The notes: generated from the sequence alone by a model not told the origin. A DNA stretch of 64,000 nucleotides from an uncultured Methanoregulaceae archaeon (GCA_963705255.1 OY970061.1:1280001-1344000); one strand, 5' to 3'. Numbered from the stretch's first letter, positions 22,910 through 32,869 are shown. A program made the numbers and translations.

Positions 22910-23776
22910 ATGCGGCACGTGGGATCCCTTGTTGCGCTCGCAATTGGGGACGCGTTGGGTGCGCCCCTTGAAGGATCTCCCCAGCCTGAAGCGTGGGTGA
23001 CATTAATGCGTCCCGGCGGGCGTCATTCCCGGAAAAAAGGGGGAGTCACGGACGACACCCTGCAGGCAGTCGCGGTCGCGGAATCGCTGGTTGCATGCGG
23101 GGGATATTCGGAAAATGACCTTGTCCGAAAATTATCTGAGAGCTATATAGTACGGCCCGAATGGTTCGGTCCTACATCAACTTTGTTCTTTGATCTGGTG
23201 CGATCCGGGACCCTGCCGCACCATGCCGCATGGATCGTGCACAAACGCCGTGGGGGCAGCCGGACGAACGGGAGCGTGATGCGGGGGTTCCCCCTTGGGA
23301 TCTTCTATCCTGCCCCGGAAGTGTACGGGGTGAGCGTCGCCTGCTCGCGGCTCACGCACTTCGATCCCGTCGCCGCCCACTGCTCGGCGTTCCTCAACGC
23401 GATGGTGAGCGACATGTGCCGGGGGGTTTCGCGGACGAAGGCATTCCGGCACGCCCGTTCGCTCTGTATAAATCCTGAGGTCCGGACCGTGCTGGGCAGT
23501 TACGATCACTATACTATATTACCCGGGCTGGACGCGGTGGAGTGCTCGCACGCGGCCCTCTCGTGTTTTATGAACGCCCGGACGTTCGAGCAGGCGGTGC
23601 TGTCTGCGGTTAACTTAGGCGGGGATGCAGATACAGTCGGTGCTTGTTGTGGTGCTTTAGCTGGGGCGTGGTGGGGGTTGTCAGCGATACCTTTCCGGTG
23701 GATTCGTGATCTGGAAGGGTATGGGGAGCTGGTGCGGCTGGCAGATCAGCTCTGGCGGATCGCAGGAGCCAGGTAA
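22910..23776 (+). CDS. ADP-ribosylglycohydrolase (DraG/ARH family)
   Basis: AIGDALGAP, TDDT, NGSVMR, GGDADTVGACCGALAGA; start uncertain (22889 GTG or 22910 ATG). Confidence 0.9.
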   Translation: MRHVGSLVALAIGDALGAPLEGSPQPEAWVTLMRPGGRHSRKKGGVTDDTLQAVAVAESLVACGGYSENDLVRKLSESYIVRPEWFGPTSTLFFDLVRSGTLPHHAAWIVHKRRGGSRTNGSVMRGFPLGIFYPAPEVYGVSVACSRLTHFDPVAAHCSAFLNAMVSDMCRGVSRTKAFRHARSLCINPEVRTVLGSYDHYTILPGLDAVECSHAALSCFMNARTFEQAVLSAVNLGGDADTVGACCGALAGAWWGLSAIPFRWIRDLEGYGELVRLADQLWRIAGAR

Positions 23777-23890
23777 AAATCTCTACCACAGCAACGTATG
23801 GTTTATTCTTTTCAACCTGAGTCTGCTGAAAAAACATGAAAATATCAGCCATGTTCAGCAGTCTTACATGAACGTCCTCCGGACATTCAC

Positions 23891-24350
23891 GTTCGTCTTT
23901 TTCAAATCAAAGCTTGGTGGAAAATGTAAAATCGAAGTCCGGTTGGAAATTTGAAATCGAAGATTGATTGAAATTTTGAAATCAATGTCCGGTTGAAATT
24001 TTAAAATCAAAACCTGATTGATCCGGTAACAGTTTTTTAAACGCGATCGTGATCGCAATTGAAATTTTCCGGGCAAGGTCTGGTTGATCTGCTGAACGGC
24101 TTGATCTGGGGGTTGAGTGAGATGCCTGCGCGGATTCATGTCTGGTGTTGGGGTTTTTCCTGCACAGGTTTTGTGATTGAATGATTGAAAACCGGAAAGC
24201 GGTTGAAAATTTTCGAGTAAAGCTTGATTGATCTGTGAACAATTTTTAAGCAGGGTCGTGATGTGGTTTGAAATTTTCAAATCAAGGTTTGATTGATCTT
24301 TTTCATGCAAGGTCCGGTTGAAAATTTTTGAGCAGGGTCTGGTTGAAACG
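23891..24350. repeat. Degenerate 25-bp-period tandem arrays, consensus about GRTTGAAATTTTNAAATCAARGTYY
   Basis: Contiguous units start at 23891, 23916, 23941, 23966, 23991; further units at 24057, 24201, 24266, 24291, 24316. Confidence 0.85.
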
Positions 24351-24385
24351 TGAGCTGATGGGCACCGGCAGTGCCGGGACTAATG

Positions 24386-24712
24386 TTAATCCAGGTCCAG
24401 CAGGTCCCGGATAAGAGCAACGATCGCAAGCCGGTGCTGTTCACCGATGGCACCGATCCGGTGCTGGAACCGCTCCCTGTCCAGGGCAACGATCTGGAAT
24501 ACGAGGGCAACACTCTCGGCATCGAGGCCGTTGTGCGAATCAGGAGAAATGATGTGGGTATGCGAGAACCGGGCACTGCTCATGCTGCGGGTCAGTGGGA
24601 CGACAAGGATGAGACCGTTGGCACCTCCCACAACGATCGCCGGCCGGACACCCCGCTGCTCATGTCCTTTTGCGTCGGAAAGATCCACGAGCCAGATATC
24701 GCCGTTCTTCAT
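24386..24712 (-). CDS. PemK/MazF family toxin
   Basis: MKNGDIWLVDL...GHEQRGVRPAIVV...VVPLT...QIVALDRERF...RIG. Confidence 0.92.
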   Translation of the reverse strand: MKNGDIWLVDLSDAKGHEQRGVRPAIVVGGANGLILVVPLTRSMSSARFSHTHIISPDSHNGLDAESVALVFQIVALDRERFQHRIGAIGEQHRLAIVALIRDLLDLD

Positions 24713-24716
24713 CGAT

Positions 24717-25253
24717 TTAGTGCTCCAGCGATTTTAAGGATGCCCTCTGCCAGATACCGGTCTCCTTTTTCAGCTCTTCGAGATCCTCCCGGGTGGGCCT
24801 GGAAAGGAACTCTTTTGCTTTCGAGATACCGAGGGCAATCTGGGCCTCTGAATAGAATGGTTTCAGCCGCTTGACCTGCCGGAGTGCTTCGGGCGGATCA
24901 CAGTTCTGCCGGATCGCATAATACCCGTAGGTTGCGCCGACTTCGAGTGGGACGGGTTTCAGCCCGAAGATCCTGCCGAGCTCACCTGCTGCCTCTTTCT
25001 CAGCGGTATTCAGCCGGGAGCCGGTTTCCAGGTTCTCGAACTCGCGAGTGAATGCGAACAGGTCCTGCGTCAGGTCCGGAGAGTAGGGTCCCCGAACATA
25101 CATGCTGCAGGAGTATCCGAGATCAATGCCCCTGAGCTCCAGCAGGCAGACGAGTTTCTGGGCGATGAGCCGGTCATCGAAGCGTGAAATATTGAATTCG
25201 AAGCCCAGTTCCCTGAAGAAGGCAATTACTTTTTTCCGTTTTTCCATAGTCAT
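24717..25253 (-). CDS. SocA/YwgA(DUF4065)-like winged-helix protein, putative antitoxin
   Basis: RLIAQKLVCLL...LGY...YVRGPYSPDL pattern; directly upstream of the PemK gene. Confidence 0.6.
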   Translation of the reverse strand: MTMEKRKKVIAFFRELGFEFNISRFDDRLIAQKLVCLLELRGIDLGYSCSMYVRGPYSPDLTQDLFAFTREFENLETGSRLNTAEKEAAGELGRIFGLKPVPLEVGATYGYYAIRQNCDPPEALRQVKRLKPFYSEAQIALGISKAKEFLSRPTREDLEELKKETGIWQRASLKSLEH

Positions 25254-25576
25254 GCACCGCAGTGGAGGAACCTGCACAGCCAGGTTCGTGTTCTCTTCCA
25301 TTCGTCCTGTCCTTCGGTCGTGATGGTATAGAGTTCGAGTTCTTTTCCTTCCGAGGTGATCTTCCCGGACGTGAGATAGCCCATCTCTTTTAAGACATTG
25401 AGGTTTGCAAACAGCACACCGTCATTGATGTCGAGTGCCGCCCTGAGTTCGCGGTAGGTTGCCCCATCGGGTCCGAGGGCGGCAAGGCTCGCGAGCAGTT
25501 TCAGCCGGACGAGCGAGAAGACTTTCGCGTTGAGCGCTTCGGATTCGTTCAGGATGGAGAGGATATCATTCTGCAT
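25250..25576 (-). CDS. Winged-helix transcriptional regulator (ArsR/HTH_34-like)
   Basis: VRLKLLASL...TYRELRAALDINDGVLFANLNVLKEMGYL...YTITTEG. Confidence 0.85.
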   Translation of the reverse strand: MQNDILSILNESEALNAKVFSLVRLKLLASLAALGPDGATYRELRAALDINDGVLFANLNVLKEMGYLTSGKITSEGKELELYTITTEGQDEWKRTRTWLCRFLHCGA

Positions 25577-25667
25577 TCGGGTTCTCTCCTGGTTCTTTTC
25601 ATGATGATTGGTTGCCCGGGTTATTTACTTTGTTATTTACTTAAAGTTTAAAGTGAACGAAGGCATG

Positions 25668-25745
25668 GTCGTGATGTTGTTTGAAATTTTGAAATCAAAG
25701 TTTGATTGAAATTTTTTAAGCTGGGTCTGGTTGAAAAGCGAGTTG
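25668..25745. repeat. Second block of the 25-bp-period array
   Basis: Units at 25679, 25704, 25729; GTCGTGATGTKGTTTGAAATTTTSAAATCAARGTTTGATTGA shared with 24255-24296. Confidence 0.82.
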
Positions 25746-26028
25746 GTGCGCTGAAGAGTAAGTTGTGCAGCAGAGGGATAAGGGTGTATCGGAAATCGGG
25801 AATTTTGCGGAAATGTAAGATGTTGACTGAAACCGCTTATGGGGATTTGGCCGGGGGATGGGCATGAAAATGCTCTGAGCATTTTCAGCAATGTGTATGA
25901 AAGTCATGCTGATGTTATGCCCGTTTTTCTAAATTGTCACATCCGGATCCGGGAATTAACGGTTGCCATGACCATAAACAACATACCCGATGACAAATAT
26001 AGAATCATAAAAGCCCACGGAGGCATCA

Positions 26029-26163
26029 ATGGACGTTTTACTGTCAATTAAGCCAAGATATGTAAAGTCCATTCTTGAGGGGGGGAAGCGGTACCAGTTC
26101 CGGAAGACGATCTTCAAAAACCACGAGATCGACCGGATCTACATCTATTCTTCATCGCCCGTA
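26029..26163 (+). pseudogene. Truncated ASCH-domain protein
   Basis: MDVLLSIKPRYVKSILEGGKRYQFRK...IYIYSSSPV is the ASCH N-terminus; after ~45 codons the frame is the antisense of the hsdR stub. Confidence 0.8.
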
Positions 26164-26448
26164 ATTGAACGGACTGCCGGAGATCCCGGCAGCATATCGT
26201 TCGGTCTGGGTCAGGACATTCTGGGGTCCGAGAGAAACCTTCTTGGCTTCAATAACTGCGAGGATTTTGCCATCAACACAGAGAGCATAGTCAGCGGGAC
26301 CATTTTCGGTAGAAAATTCTTCGAGAGCATACTGGTTGTATCTGGTGAGATCCATTCCGGTCTTGAACAACTCAACACGCCAACCGGCAGCTTTCAATAA
26401 GGGATCGATGCGCTTCTTCCGGGTAACTCGCTCGCTCTCTTCTGTCAT
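26160..26448 (-). pseudogene. hsdR: Truncated type I restriction enzyme R subunit (HsdR N-terminus)
   Basis: TRKKRIDPLLKAAGW...GPADYAL...AVIEAKK...QTERYA nuclease motifs; under 100 aa of a protein normally ~900+ aa. Confidence 0.85.
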
Positions 26449-27063
26449 GGCTTCCAGGACTACAATAATAATATGTGATTTTTATAAAGGCTGTAACGTT
26501 ATGTGTTGCGGTTTAATTATACTGATATCAGATAAGGGGAGATTGATTGTCACCCATTCAGGCACATCCAAAACCCCATCCCCCTCCCCGTTCCTCCGCT
26601 GGAACGTTGCTATTGATTGCCTCCCGGCCACCGGCGTAAAACCCGCAAATTCTACCGAAACATTGCCTCTTTTTCGGGAAACATTGCCTCCCGGGCCGGG
26701 ATGAAGGACAATCGGAGCCCTGTACGGGCTTCTTTCCGGCCATCCCCGGAAAAGGATGAACACCCACGTCCCAAACCACGTCCCGACCCGACTTTTCCAC
26801 CTGTAATTGATCTACAGCGGCATATTTTTAGCACGAAAATCATGGGAATCAGGCCAATACGGGCCCAAAACAACCTCCTCCCGGAACCAGCGACTGATAT
26901 TTTGGCCAATTCGACCGAAAAAGTGTACCGGATCAGGCAATCGGAGGTCAAAATAACCTGCGATGGGAGCACCCCCTCCCGGGGGGTTGCTGCCTGCCCA
27001 TTCACCGACGGTGAGGTGGAGGCCAGGATCCGGCTGAACAGGAACCAATGAAAAATAAAAAAA

Positions 27064-27467
27064 TTATTCAACTTTTTTTCCGGCATCTGGTCCGGGGTAC
27101 AATCGAATACTTCCGTGATTTTCAGGATCAGCAACCCCTTTGCAGGATACTGCGGCCCTTTCGCTTTTATCTGCGCCTTGATCTTTTCATACTCCGGACC
27201 GCTGGTTTTCACCGTTACGGTCCCCTTGATCTGGAAACAGCGCTTCTTTTCAGGATCCCATATATAGAGTGCCAGATGGGGATTTTCCCTCACATTTGCG
27301 AGCGTCTTTACCATGTAGTTGTCCCCGATCCAGATCATGTCATCGGCAACAACCTGCACCGTGCTCATCGGCGTGACATTGGGAATTCCCTTTTTGGATG
27401 CCGTGGCAATGGCATAGGGCTTGTTCTTCGCAAATACTTCTTTCATTTCCGCAGTGAGTGACACCAT
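27064..27467 (-). CDS. Pyridoxamine 5'-phosphate oxidase-like FMN-binding protein (frameshift at ~27095)
   Basis: IATASKKGIPNV...DNYMVKTLANVRENP...FQIKG; adding one base gives the family ending VFDCTPGPDAGKKVE*; the ORF-track tail to 26652 is spurious. Confidence 0.85.
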
Positions 27468-28091
27468 CGTCTTCCTTCCTTTCCTACAGGCATTGAATGT
27501 CGTTACCCCCTCATAGTGTTTTGCAATGCTTATGTTTTGTGTTTGACGGATCGAGCGTGTCCGACGAACTGTACCGTGCCAAAGGTTCTGTCCTCAATAG
27601 TGACATGATGTATGTCCCGCTTTCAAGAGCACCGGATGGGTGTCTGCGGCTTCTTGAAGCCCTGCCCGTCACGGCCCGGTTCGGCGGGACGGTCAGCAGT
27701 CACCCGGAAGAACCGCCAGATCCCGGAACGTTTACAGCCTCACAAAGTCCGTCGCTTCTGATGGATATCCAGTTCACAGGATTCAGGTCCTTCCCTGTGT
27801 TTGTGAGTGCCTCCCGTAATATGAGCGTCGCATCGGGTCATATGCCGGCATCGCGTGCAATCCAGAATGGTCTTGAGGGTCATGATGGTATTTGATTGCC
27901 ATTACCACGGGCACACGCTATATATTCGTTGCGATCATTCTCAAAAATCAAAATTCCAGAAGGTTTCCGCGAAATTTTCCCGGACACCTGATGACAAAAT
28001 CTCCGGGGCGTTACCGGCGCCGGTTGCCATCCTGTTCTCCCGTTCTGGCCATGGCCCGGAGATCCCCAAAACTGTACCGGCACCGAACCCA

Positions 28092-28787
28092 TCAGATACT
28101 GAAGGAGCTCCCCGTCAGGTTGCCGGAGTCCGAATACCCCCGCTGCTCCCAGTAGCCCTTGTAATTCGGATCATCGGAAAGTTCGATCCTGTCGATCCAC
28201 TTGATCCACTTGTACCCCCACTTGTCCTCTGCCACCAGCCGGAACGGATAGCCGTGTTCGGCGTCGATGGTGACGTTGTTCATCCCGTATGCCATGAGGA
28301 TATCGTTGTCCATGACGTAGCCGAGCGGGAACGATGTCGTATACCCGTCGGTGGCGTGAAAGATCACGGTGTTCGCCCGGGGATCGACCCCCGCTTCATG
28401 GATGAGGTCCCTGACGAGCACGCCTTCCCAGAGGATCGTGGCATCCCAGCCCTCGACACAATCGAGGGTGACGAGCTTGGTGTAGTGCCGGTGGTTGTTG
28501 AGGATATCGCCGTACGTCAGGACCGTTGTCGTATTGGTAAGGCCGGTGATGGTGAGCCGGTAATCGGTCCCGTTGATGTGCTGGGTACCGATGATCGCGT
28601 TCTCTGGTACATCGCTGATGGACGAGAGGTCCTCCCCCTGGTAGGACCGGACTTTGACGGCAGCGAGTGCCTTCGTATCAGACGAGCCCGGTCCGGGTCG
28701 TGATGCCTGCATCATAAACGTCACTATTGCCCCGATAATTATGACCGCTGTCACGAGTGCGATCATAAGGTACATCCGTGAGTTCAT
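28092..28787 (-). CDS. Molybdopterin-dependent oxidoreductase (sulfite oxidase-like), membrane anchored
   Basis: LDCVEGW, HGYPFRLV, GYKWIKWI, GYWEQRGY; N-terminal hydrophobic helix. Confidence 0.88.
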   Translation of the reverse strand: MNSRMYLMIALVTAVIIIGAIVTFMMQASRPGPGSSDTKALAAVKVRSYQGEDLSSISDVPENAIIGTQHINGTDYRLTITGLTNTTTVLTYGDILNNHRHYTKLVTLDCVEGWDATILWEGVLVRDLIHEAGVDPRANTVIFHATDGYTTSFPLGYVMDNDILMAYGMNNVTIDAEHGYPFRLVAEDKWGYKWIKWIDRIELSDDPNYKGYWEQRGYSDSGNLTGSSFSI

Positions 28788-29136
28788 TGCAGGTTACCTG
28801 TATCCCCTATCAGATTAAGCTTGCAATTGCGGAACCGCCCCGGGTCCGGATCCGGACGGTTATCGTTGGGGAGAATTACCGGGTGTCTTCGGGCCTTTCA
28901 ATCGGTTCTGATGCGTTGACCGGGCGGCATGAATTTTTGTGAGCTGGAAAAAATAATCACTAACCGACCTGGCAAGTACTTTTTATTGTCATCTCCGGAC
29001 CTGGCAATTTTTAAAAACCACCACGTACTCAGGAGCTCCCGGAGGAATAGTGGCGGATAATCCCCACCAGGCCTGACAGCGTAATTCCGAAAAGGAATTG
29101 AATATAATTGTCGTTATACCTTGAGAGAGGCAGAGT

Positions 29137-29934
29137 ATGAAGACCATCATCTATTATTTTACCGGCACCGGCAACTCGCTTTCCGCGGCAAAAAAGATCG
29201 CCGCAGGACTTGGTGACTGCAGGCTCGTTCCGGTTGCATCGCTGCAGGACAGGGAAGGGGATATCCTCCCGGAGGCGGACCGGGTCGGGATCGTCTGCCC
29301 GGTGTATTTTACCGGCCTGCCGCTGATGGTGGCTTCATTCGCAGGGCGCCTCGACCTTTCCCTGTCGCAGTACACGTTTTCCGTCGTGACCCTCGGCGGT
29401 TTCGGCGGCCAGTCTGCCCTGCGACAGCTCGATGGCATCCTGAAGAGACGATCCGGGCGGGGGCTTGATGCCGGTTTCATGGTCAGGATGCCGGGGAATT
29501 ACATTCTCATGTACGAATCCCCGTCAGGAAAGAAATGCGAGCGGATCCTTGCTGCTGCCGACGAACACCTGGAGACGATTGTGCAGGCCATACAAAATTC
29601 TGCAAAAACCAGACCGGGATATTCCCCCCTGGCCCGGCTGGTGCATGTCCTGTGGTACTCCCGGTTCTCCTCCCGCGTCCACGATAACGACAGGAAATTT
29701 TCCGCAGATAACACCTGCACTTCGTGCGGGACCTGTGCCGCCATCTGTCCGGCAAAAAATATCGAACTGGTTGGTGGCAGACCGGTCTGGAAACACCACT
29801 GCGAGCTCTGCTGCGGCTGTGTCCACCTCTGCCCGGCAGAGGCGATCCAGGCAGGAAAAAAGACGGCAGGACGGGCACGCTACTCCAACCCGGAAGTGAA
29901 CGATGCGGACTTCAAAGCGCAGAGAGGATCCTGA
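29137..29934 (+). CDS. EFR1-family flavodoxin/ferredoxin fusion
   Basis: YYFTGTGNS flavodoxin motif, MPGNY, two CxxCxxCxxxCP motifs. Confidence 0.88.
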   Translation: MKTIIYYFTGTGNSLSAAKKIAAGLGDCRLVPVASLQDREGDILPEADRVGIVCPVYFTGLPLMVASFAGRLDLSLSQYTFSVVTLGGFGGQSALRQLDGILKRRSGRGLDAGFMVRMPGNYILMYESPSGKKCERILAAADEHLETIVQAIQNSAKTRPGYSPLARLVHVLWYSRFSSRVHDNDRKFSADNTCTSCGTCAAICPAKNIELVGGRPVWKHHCELCCGCVHLCPAEAIQAGKKTAGRARYSNPEVNDADFKAQRGS

Positions 29935-30073
29935 TATCGTCGCATCGGGGGGAAACTGATCCAGGAAGGTCAGTTCCGTGAACCTGCCTCCGCGATAAAT
30001 CCGCCATGTTATAAAAACTGAGAATTCGGCAAATTACTTTATAGATAGTATCCGGATTCTTCGCGAGAGCAGT

Positions 30074-32203
30074 ATGGGGAGAGAAAGGGATAGTTTCCCG
30101 GAAATTCCGGAGCGGATCGGAGGTATCGGGGAACTTGCCTATAACCTCTGGTGGAGCTGGCATCCGGCCGCGAGGATGCTCTACAAGAGGCTCAGCAGGC
30201 CCGAATGGAAGGAGAGCGTGCACAACCCCGTGAAGATGCTGCGGGAACTTCCGGCGGAAGCCTTCCAGGCTGCCGCGAACGACCCGAAGTACGTCAGCCA
30301 TTATTCCGCCATCATGAGCCGGTTCCGGTCCGAGATGGAGGAGAAAGCGGGCTGGTTCTCAACGCAGATCACCGGGTCCTGCTGCCAGCCGATCGCGTAT
30401 TTTTCGGCAGAATACGGGCTGCACCACTCCCTGCCGTTCTATGCCGGCGGGCTCGGGTTCCTTGCAGGCGATTATCTCAAGGAATGCAGCGATCTCTGTA
30501 TCCCGGTGGTCGCTGTCGGATTCATGTACCCGGAAGGTTACATCCTCCAGAGGATCCGGGAGGACGGCTGGCAGCAGAATGTCGATGACGTCCTCGACCG
30601 GGACAGCGCACCGATAACCCGCGTCCTCGGCGAAGATGGGACACAGCTGGTCATCGAAGTGCCGTTCATCAGGCCCCCGATCCACGTTGCTGTCTGGAAA
30701 GCGATGGTCGGCCGTATCCCCCTCTACCTCATGGACACCGATATCGGGGAGAACGATCCATGGAACCGGTCCATATCATCCCACCTCTATTCCGGTGACA
30801 CCGAACAGCGGTTGCGGCAGGAGATTGTCCTGGGCATCGGTGGGTCTGAAATGCTGAATGTGCTCGGGATCCGGCATTCGATTGCCCACCTGAACGAGGG
30901 CCACGCCGCTTTTGCCCTGCTGGAACGGATCCGGGAACGGGTTGAGGGGGGCATGAAGTACCCTGAAGCATTGGAGTACGTCAGGAGCACGACGATCTTC
31001 ACAACGCATACGCCAGTACCAGCTGGCACTGACATATTTCCCTTCCCTCTGGTTGAGAAATATTTCAACAGTTACTATCCCCTTCTCGGCCTCGACCGCG
31101 ATGCCTTTTTCAGGCTCGGCATCCACCCGGAGGAGCCGGCATCAGGCTTCAACATGACCGCATTTGCGCTGAGGCTCTCCCGGTTCCATAATGCCGTCAG
31201 CCGGCGCCATGGTGAGGTATCCCGCCGGATGTGGAAGAGCCTCTGGCCGGATCTTCCGGAGAAAGACGTTCCAATCAACTACATCACGAATGGTATCCAT
31301 GTCCCCACCTGGATAGAACCGAAGATGGAGCGTCTGCTGGACAAGTACCTGGGGAGTGACTGGCTGGCTGACCACGATGATCCGGCCCGGTGGGAACCGG
31401 TCGATACGATCCCGGATGAGGAGCTCTGGCAGACGCACTACTGGCTGAAGGTCAAACTCCTGAACAGGATCTGCGAACAGGCCCGGCAGGCATGGACGTA
31501 CCGTAAGATCAACCCCTCGGTGGTTCTGGCCGAAGGTACCCTGCTGAACCCGCTCCTCCTGACCATCGGCTTTTCGCGCCGGTTTACCTCGTACAAGCGT
31601 GCAGATCTCATCTTCACCGATCTCGAGCGTCTGAAAGAACTGATCGATGATCGCTGGAACCCGATCCAGATCATATTTGCCGGCAAGGCGCACCCGGCTG
31701 ATGATCCCGGCAAGAGGATCCTGCAGCGGGTCTTCAATTATGCCAGGGACCCGGAGATGGGCGGGAGGATCGCCTTCGTTGAGAACTATGACGAACAGCT
31801 TGCCCAGTACCTCGTGCACGGTGTGGACATCTGGCTGAACAATCCGCTTCCCCCGATGGAGGCCTGCGGGACGAGCGGGATGAAGGCGTCGCTGAACGGC
31901 GTGCCCCAGATGAGCATCCCGGACGGGTGGTGGATCGAAGGCTACAACGGCAGGAACGGGTGGACATTCGGGAAAGAGAGCGGAGAGGACCGGGACAAGG
32001 CCGACGCGGAGGCCATGTACGATCTGCTCAAGAAAGAGATCATTCCCCTTTATTATACTATCGATGACGGCGGCATCCCCCGCGGGTGGGTGAAGGTCAT
32101 GAAGGAGGCCATGAAGAGCGTAGGGCCGGTATTCTCCACCCGCAGGATGGTAAAAGAGTACGTCAGGACGTTTTACCGGGAAGCGCTGGACCATGTTCAT
32201 TGA
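30074..32203 (+). CDS. glgP: Alpha-glucan (glycogen) phosphorylase
   Basis: AYFSAEYG, GGLGFLAGD, HLNEGH, FTTHTPV, EACGTSGMKA PLP-lysine motif. Confidence 0.95.
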   Translation: MGRERDSFPEIPERIGGIGELAYNLWWSWHPAARMLYKRLSRPEWKESVHNPVKMLRELPAEAFQAAANDPKYVSHYSAIMSRFRSEMEEKAGWFSTQITGSCCQPIAYFSAEYGLHHSLPFYAGGLGFLAGDYLKECSDLCIPVVAVGFMYPEGYILQRIREDGWQQNVDDVLDRDSAPITRVLGEDGTQLVIEVPFIRPPIHVAVWKAMVGRIPLYLMDTDIGENDPWNRSISSHLYSGDTEQRLRQEIVLGIGGSEMLNVLGIRHSIAHLNEGHAAFALLERIRERVEGGMKYPEALEYVRSTTIFTTHTPVPAGTDIFPFPLVEKYFNSYYPLLGLDRDAFFRLGIHPEEPASGFNMTAFALRLSRFHNAVSRRHGEVSRRMWKSLWPDLPEKDVPINYITNGIHVPTWIEPKMERLLDKYLGSDWLADHDDPARWEPVDTIPDEELWQTHYWLKVKLLNRICEQARQAWTYRKINPSVVLAEGTLLNPLLLTIGFSRRFTSYKRADLIFTDLERLKELIDDRWNPIQIIFAGKAHPADDPGKRILQRVFNYARDPEMGGRIAFVENYDEQLAQYLVHGVDIWLNNPLPPMEACGTSGMKASLNGVPQMSIPDGWWIEGYNGRNGWTFGKESGEDRDKADAEAMYDLLKKEIIPLYYTIDDGGIPRGWVKVMKEAMKSVGPVFSTRRMVKEYVRTFYREALDHVH

Positions 32204-32425
32204 GCGATCGGATGCGGAACGCGAGACAGGGCAATGGTTCCAGGTAATTTTGCTGCGACGCGGTGAGAACCGGTTTACTGGCTGAATTGCCGGGGAGCCA
32301 TCAGGATATTGACGAAGCCTGTCGTACCGGCCGGTTTTGAAAGGTGGGGGATTTCTGTCTGACGGCGCCTGCACGCCGGTCCTGAAGAGATCCGGTACGG
32401 ATTATGCAATAGCACCGTGGTTCTG

Positions 32426-32869
32426 TCAGAACTCTCCCGTCCGACACTCATCTGTCCTGAGGTTCTGGTAATCCTGTGCGTTCTCTTTCAGGATCGAAAA
32501 TTCGCTATCGATACTGATGTCGGAATACCCCAGAAGGGTTAAATCTTTTTTCAGCTCGTCAAGAGGCAATGCCCGGGAGATCCTTTGTGAAAAATCGATC
32601 AAAAATTGAGTGAACAATGGAAGGAAATCTCCCGGCCCGCTATGAAAAATATGACTCAAAAACAGAACAAAAGCGTTTTTTATCACTTCACGACCATATA
32701 AATCCGGCCTGTGATCCTGGGAGTATTCCAGATAATCTTTCCATGCATCAGCCAGATCATGATCCCTGCAAAAGACTGAAAAATTGTCAGATGACAGATA
32801 TTCTTCGACAGGAAATGTAAATAACTGTGCAGTCAGTCTGCTGATCGTTTTTTCAGTGTCATGAGGCAT
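32426..32869 (-). CDS. Hypothetical protein
   Basis: 147-aa ORF with ATG, codirectional with the upstream operon; no family recognised; lower GC. Confidence 0.55.
   Translation of the reverse strand: MPHDTEKTISRLTAQLFTFPVEEYLSSDNFSVFCRDHDLADAWKDYLEYSQDHRPDLYGREVIKNAFVLFLSHIFHSGPGDFLPLFTQFLIDFSQRISRALPLDELKKDLTLLGYSDISIDSEFSILKENAQDYQNLRTDECRTGEF

Noticed and set aside
22910-23776. ADP-ribosylglycohydrolase as part of the adjacent defence island
   Set aside because: It lies outside the repeat arrays next to core genes, and no ADP-ribosyltransferase partner is present; a link is unsupported
23864-24310. 148-aa ORF (and 25637..25891) as genes
   Set aside because: They are translations of the 25-bp arrays (recurring FKISN); the period is not a multiple of 3
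23891-24350. CRISPR array
   Set aside because: Units are contiguous and degenerate with no unique spacers, and there are no cas genes in the window
26652-27063. Long C-terminal extension on the PNPOx-like protein
   Set aside because: Artefact of a one-base loss; the corrected frame ends with the family-typical CTPGPDAGKK and a stop at 27064
27497-28090. ORFs 27497..27895 and 27855..28703 as genes
   Set aside because: No motifs or gene-like composition; the second is largely antisense to the molybdopterin oxidoreductase
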